In this document: positions 63,345 through 64,000 of the stretch, piece after piece
Numbering within the stretch: position 1 is the first letter of the stretch
Layout of the letters: every line of letters starts with the position of its first letter
Virus record (IMG/VR): IMGVR_UViG_2863404153_000002
Span: 5,165 to 69,164 of that record
Origin: a virus
Taxonomy: Duplodnaviria; Caudoviricetes
Length of the DNA stretch: 64,000 nucleotides
Reading direction: 5' to 3' (one strand)
Notes under the pieces: model-generated
Told to the model about the DNA's origin: nothing
The model's input: the letters and a program-made list of their open reading frames with translations, nothing else
Database searches by the model: none
Program-made: the position numbers and the translations under genes

Positions 63345-63596
63345 CTACGAGCCGGCGGTCGGCGGCTCTGGCAGCTTGGTCACGAACGTGCCCACCCCGG
63401 GGTGCATCACGGCCAGCTTCTCTTGCCGCAGCTGTGTCAGCACCTTCCGGGCCGTCATCTGCGAGATCCCGAACTCGGCGCACACGTCAACCGCCGACGG
63501 CAAACGTCCGCCAGGAGGGTAGATCCCGTCTGCGATCCGCTCCTCGATGACCGCGTACACCTGTCGCCACCTCGGGATATCCGGCTCCCAATCCAT
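63345..63596 (-). CDS. Single-domain GntR-family winged-HTH regulator
   Basis: WRQVYAVIEERIADGIYPPGGRLPS..EFGISQMTARKVL..GVGTFV. Confidence 0.9.
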   Translation of the reverse strand: MDWEPDIPRWRQVYAVIEERIADGIYPPGGRLPSAVDVCAEFGISQMTARKVLTQLRQEKLAVMHPGVGTFVTKLPEPPTAGS

Positions 63597-63642
63597 GATC
63601 CAGACGCTAGGAGCGCTACAACCGATGAGCGAGACGCGCGGC

Positions 63643-63688
63643 CCTATCGCACGTATCGCACCTATCGGTCCTATCGTCCGGCGTATCG
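63643..63688. repeat. Five TATCG direct repeats (spacing 9,9,9,12) in the GntR divergent region
   Basis: TATCG at 63645, 63654, 63663, 63672, 63684. Confidence 0.65.
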
Positions 63689-63766
63689 TGACCAGCAGCA
63701 ACAGCAAAGCCCCCGAGGTCGCGGGCCACGCCACCCCGGGGGCAGCCGACGATCGGAGCGTCGACG

Positions 63767-64000
63767 ATGAGCAACCCTACGGACCCCGACCGCCCAGCCG
63801 AAAGCGGCGCGGACGCCATACCCGCCAGCCGGCCGAGCCCCGTGCAGGCCGCACAGAACGCCTACGCCCGCCATGTCGGCGGGTGCGGCAAATGCCGGGA
63901 CGTCGACCGCGATCGGTGCGGTGACGGGCAGCGACTGTGGCGGGCGTGGGAGGGCGCGTGTGACGACGCCTACCGGCAGTTGTCCGAACACACGCCCTGA
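63767..64000 (+). CDS. Small Cys/His protein divergent from GntR
   Basis: H..GC.KC....C motif. Confidence 0.6.
   Translation: MSNPTDPDRPAESGADAIPASRPSPVQAAQNAYARHVGGCGKCRDVDRDRCGDGQRLWRAWEGACDDAYRQLSEHTP

Larger units (their letters stand above)
1..64000. mobile_element. Temperate siphovirus-type (pro)phage of a high-GC actinomycete, carrying a conjugative-transfer island; ends not defined in window
   Basis: Co-oriented early/replication, terminase-portal-capsid-tail and lysis modules in canonical order; no host housekeeping genes seen. Confidence 0.95.

Noticed and set aside
1-64000. tRNA/rRNA genes, reverse transcriptase/DGR, IS transposases, cas genes
   Set aside because: No recognisable motifs by eye; tRNAscan-SE and HMM searches would be needed to exclude them formally

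Overview
High-GC actinobacterial DNA, very likely Streptomyces, occupied entirely by one long-tailed (siphovirus-type) temperate phage or prophage; both ends lie outside or at the window edges. Layout from left to right: (1) early genes at 1-19053, with DUF5131, a beta-clamp-like protein, a RecE/Sak4-type recombination pair, WhiB, two DNA methyltransferases and a lambda-like initiator/DnaC/DnaB replication block with internal iterons; (2) a roughly 11-kb island at 19105-30873 resembling the regulatory and transfer arm of actinomycete conjugative elements: an XRE-HTH/beta-domain/peptide-deformylase fusion operon with a GIY-YIG-HTH protein and a Nudix hydrolase, an Spd-like membrane protein, a TraB-type FtsK translocase and a 155-bp palindromic clt-like locus, but no Rep or integrase of its own; (3) packaging, head, tail and lysis modules at 34187-59179; (4) a right arm with a Xer-like tyrosine recombinase cassette, a candidate recombination site inside a promoter, DNA-damage-type promoters and a GntR. 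Main leads: the phage/conjugation hybrid, the HTH-PDF regulator, widespread C-terminal Ala-Ala endings on non-structural proteins, and the Xer/res cassette. All family assignments come from motif recognition by eye; no database search was run.
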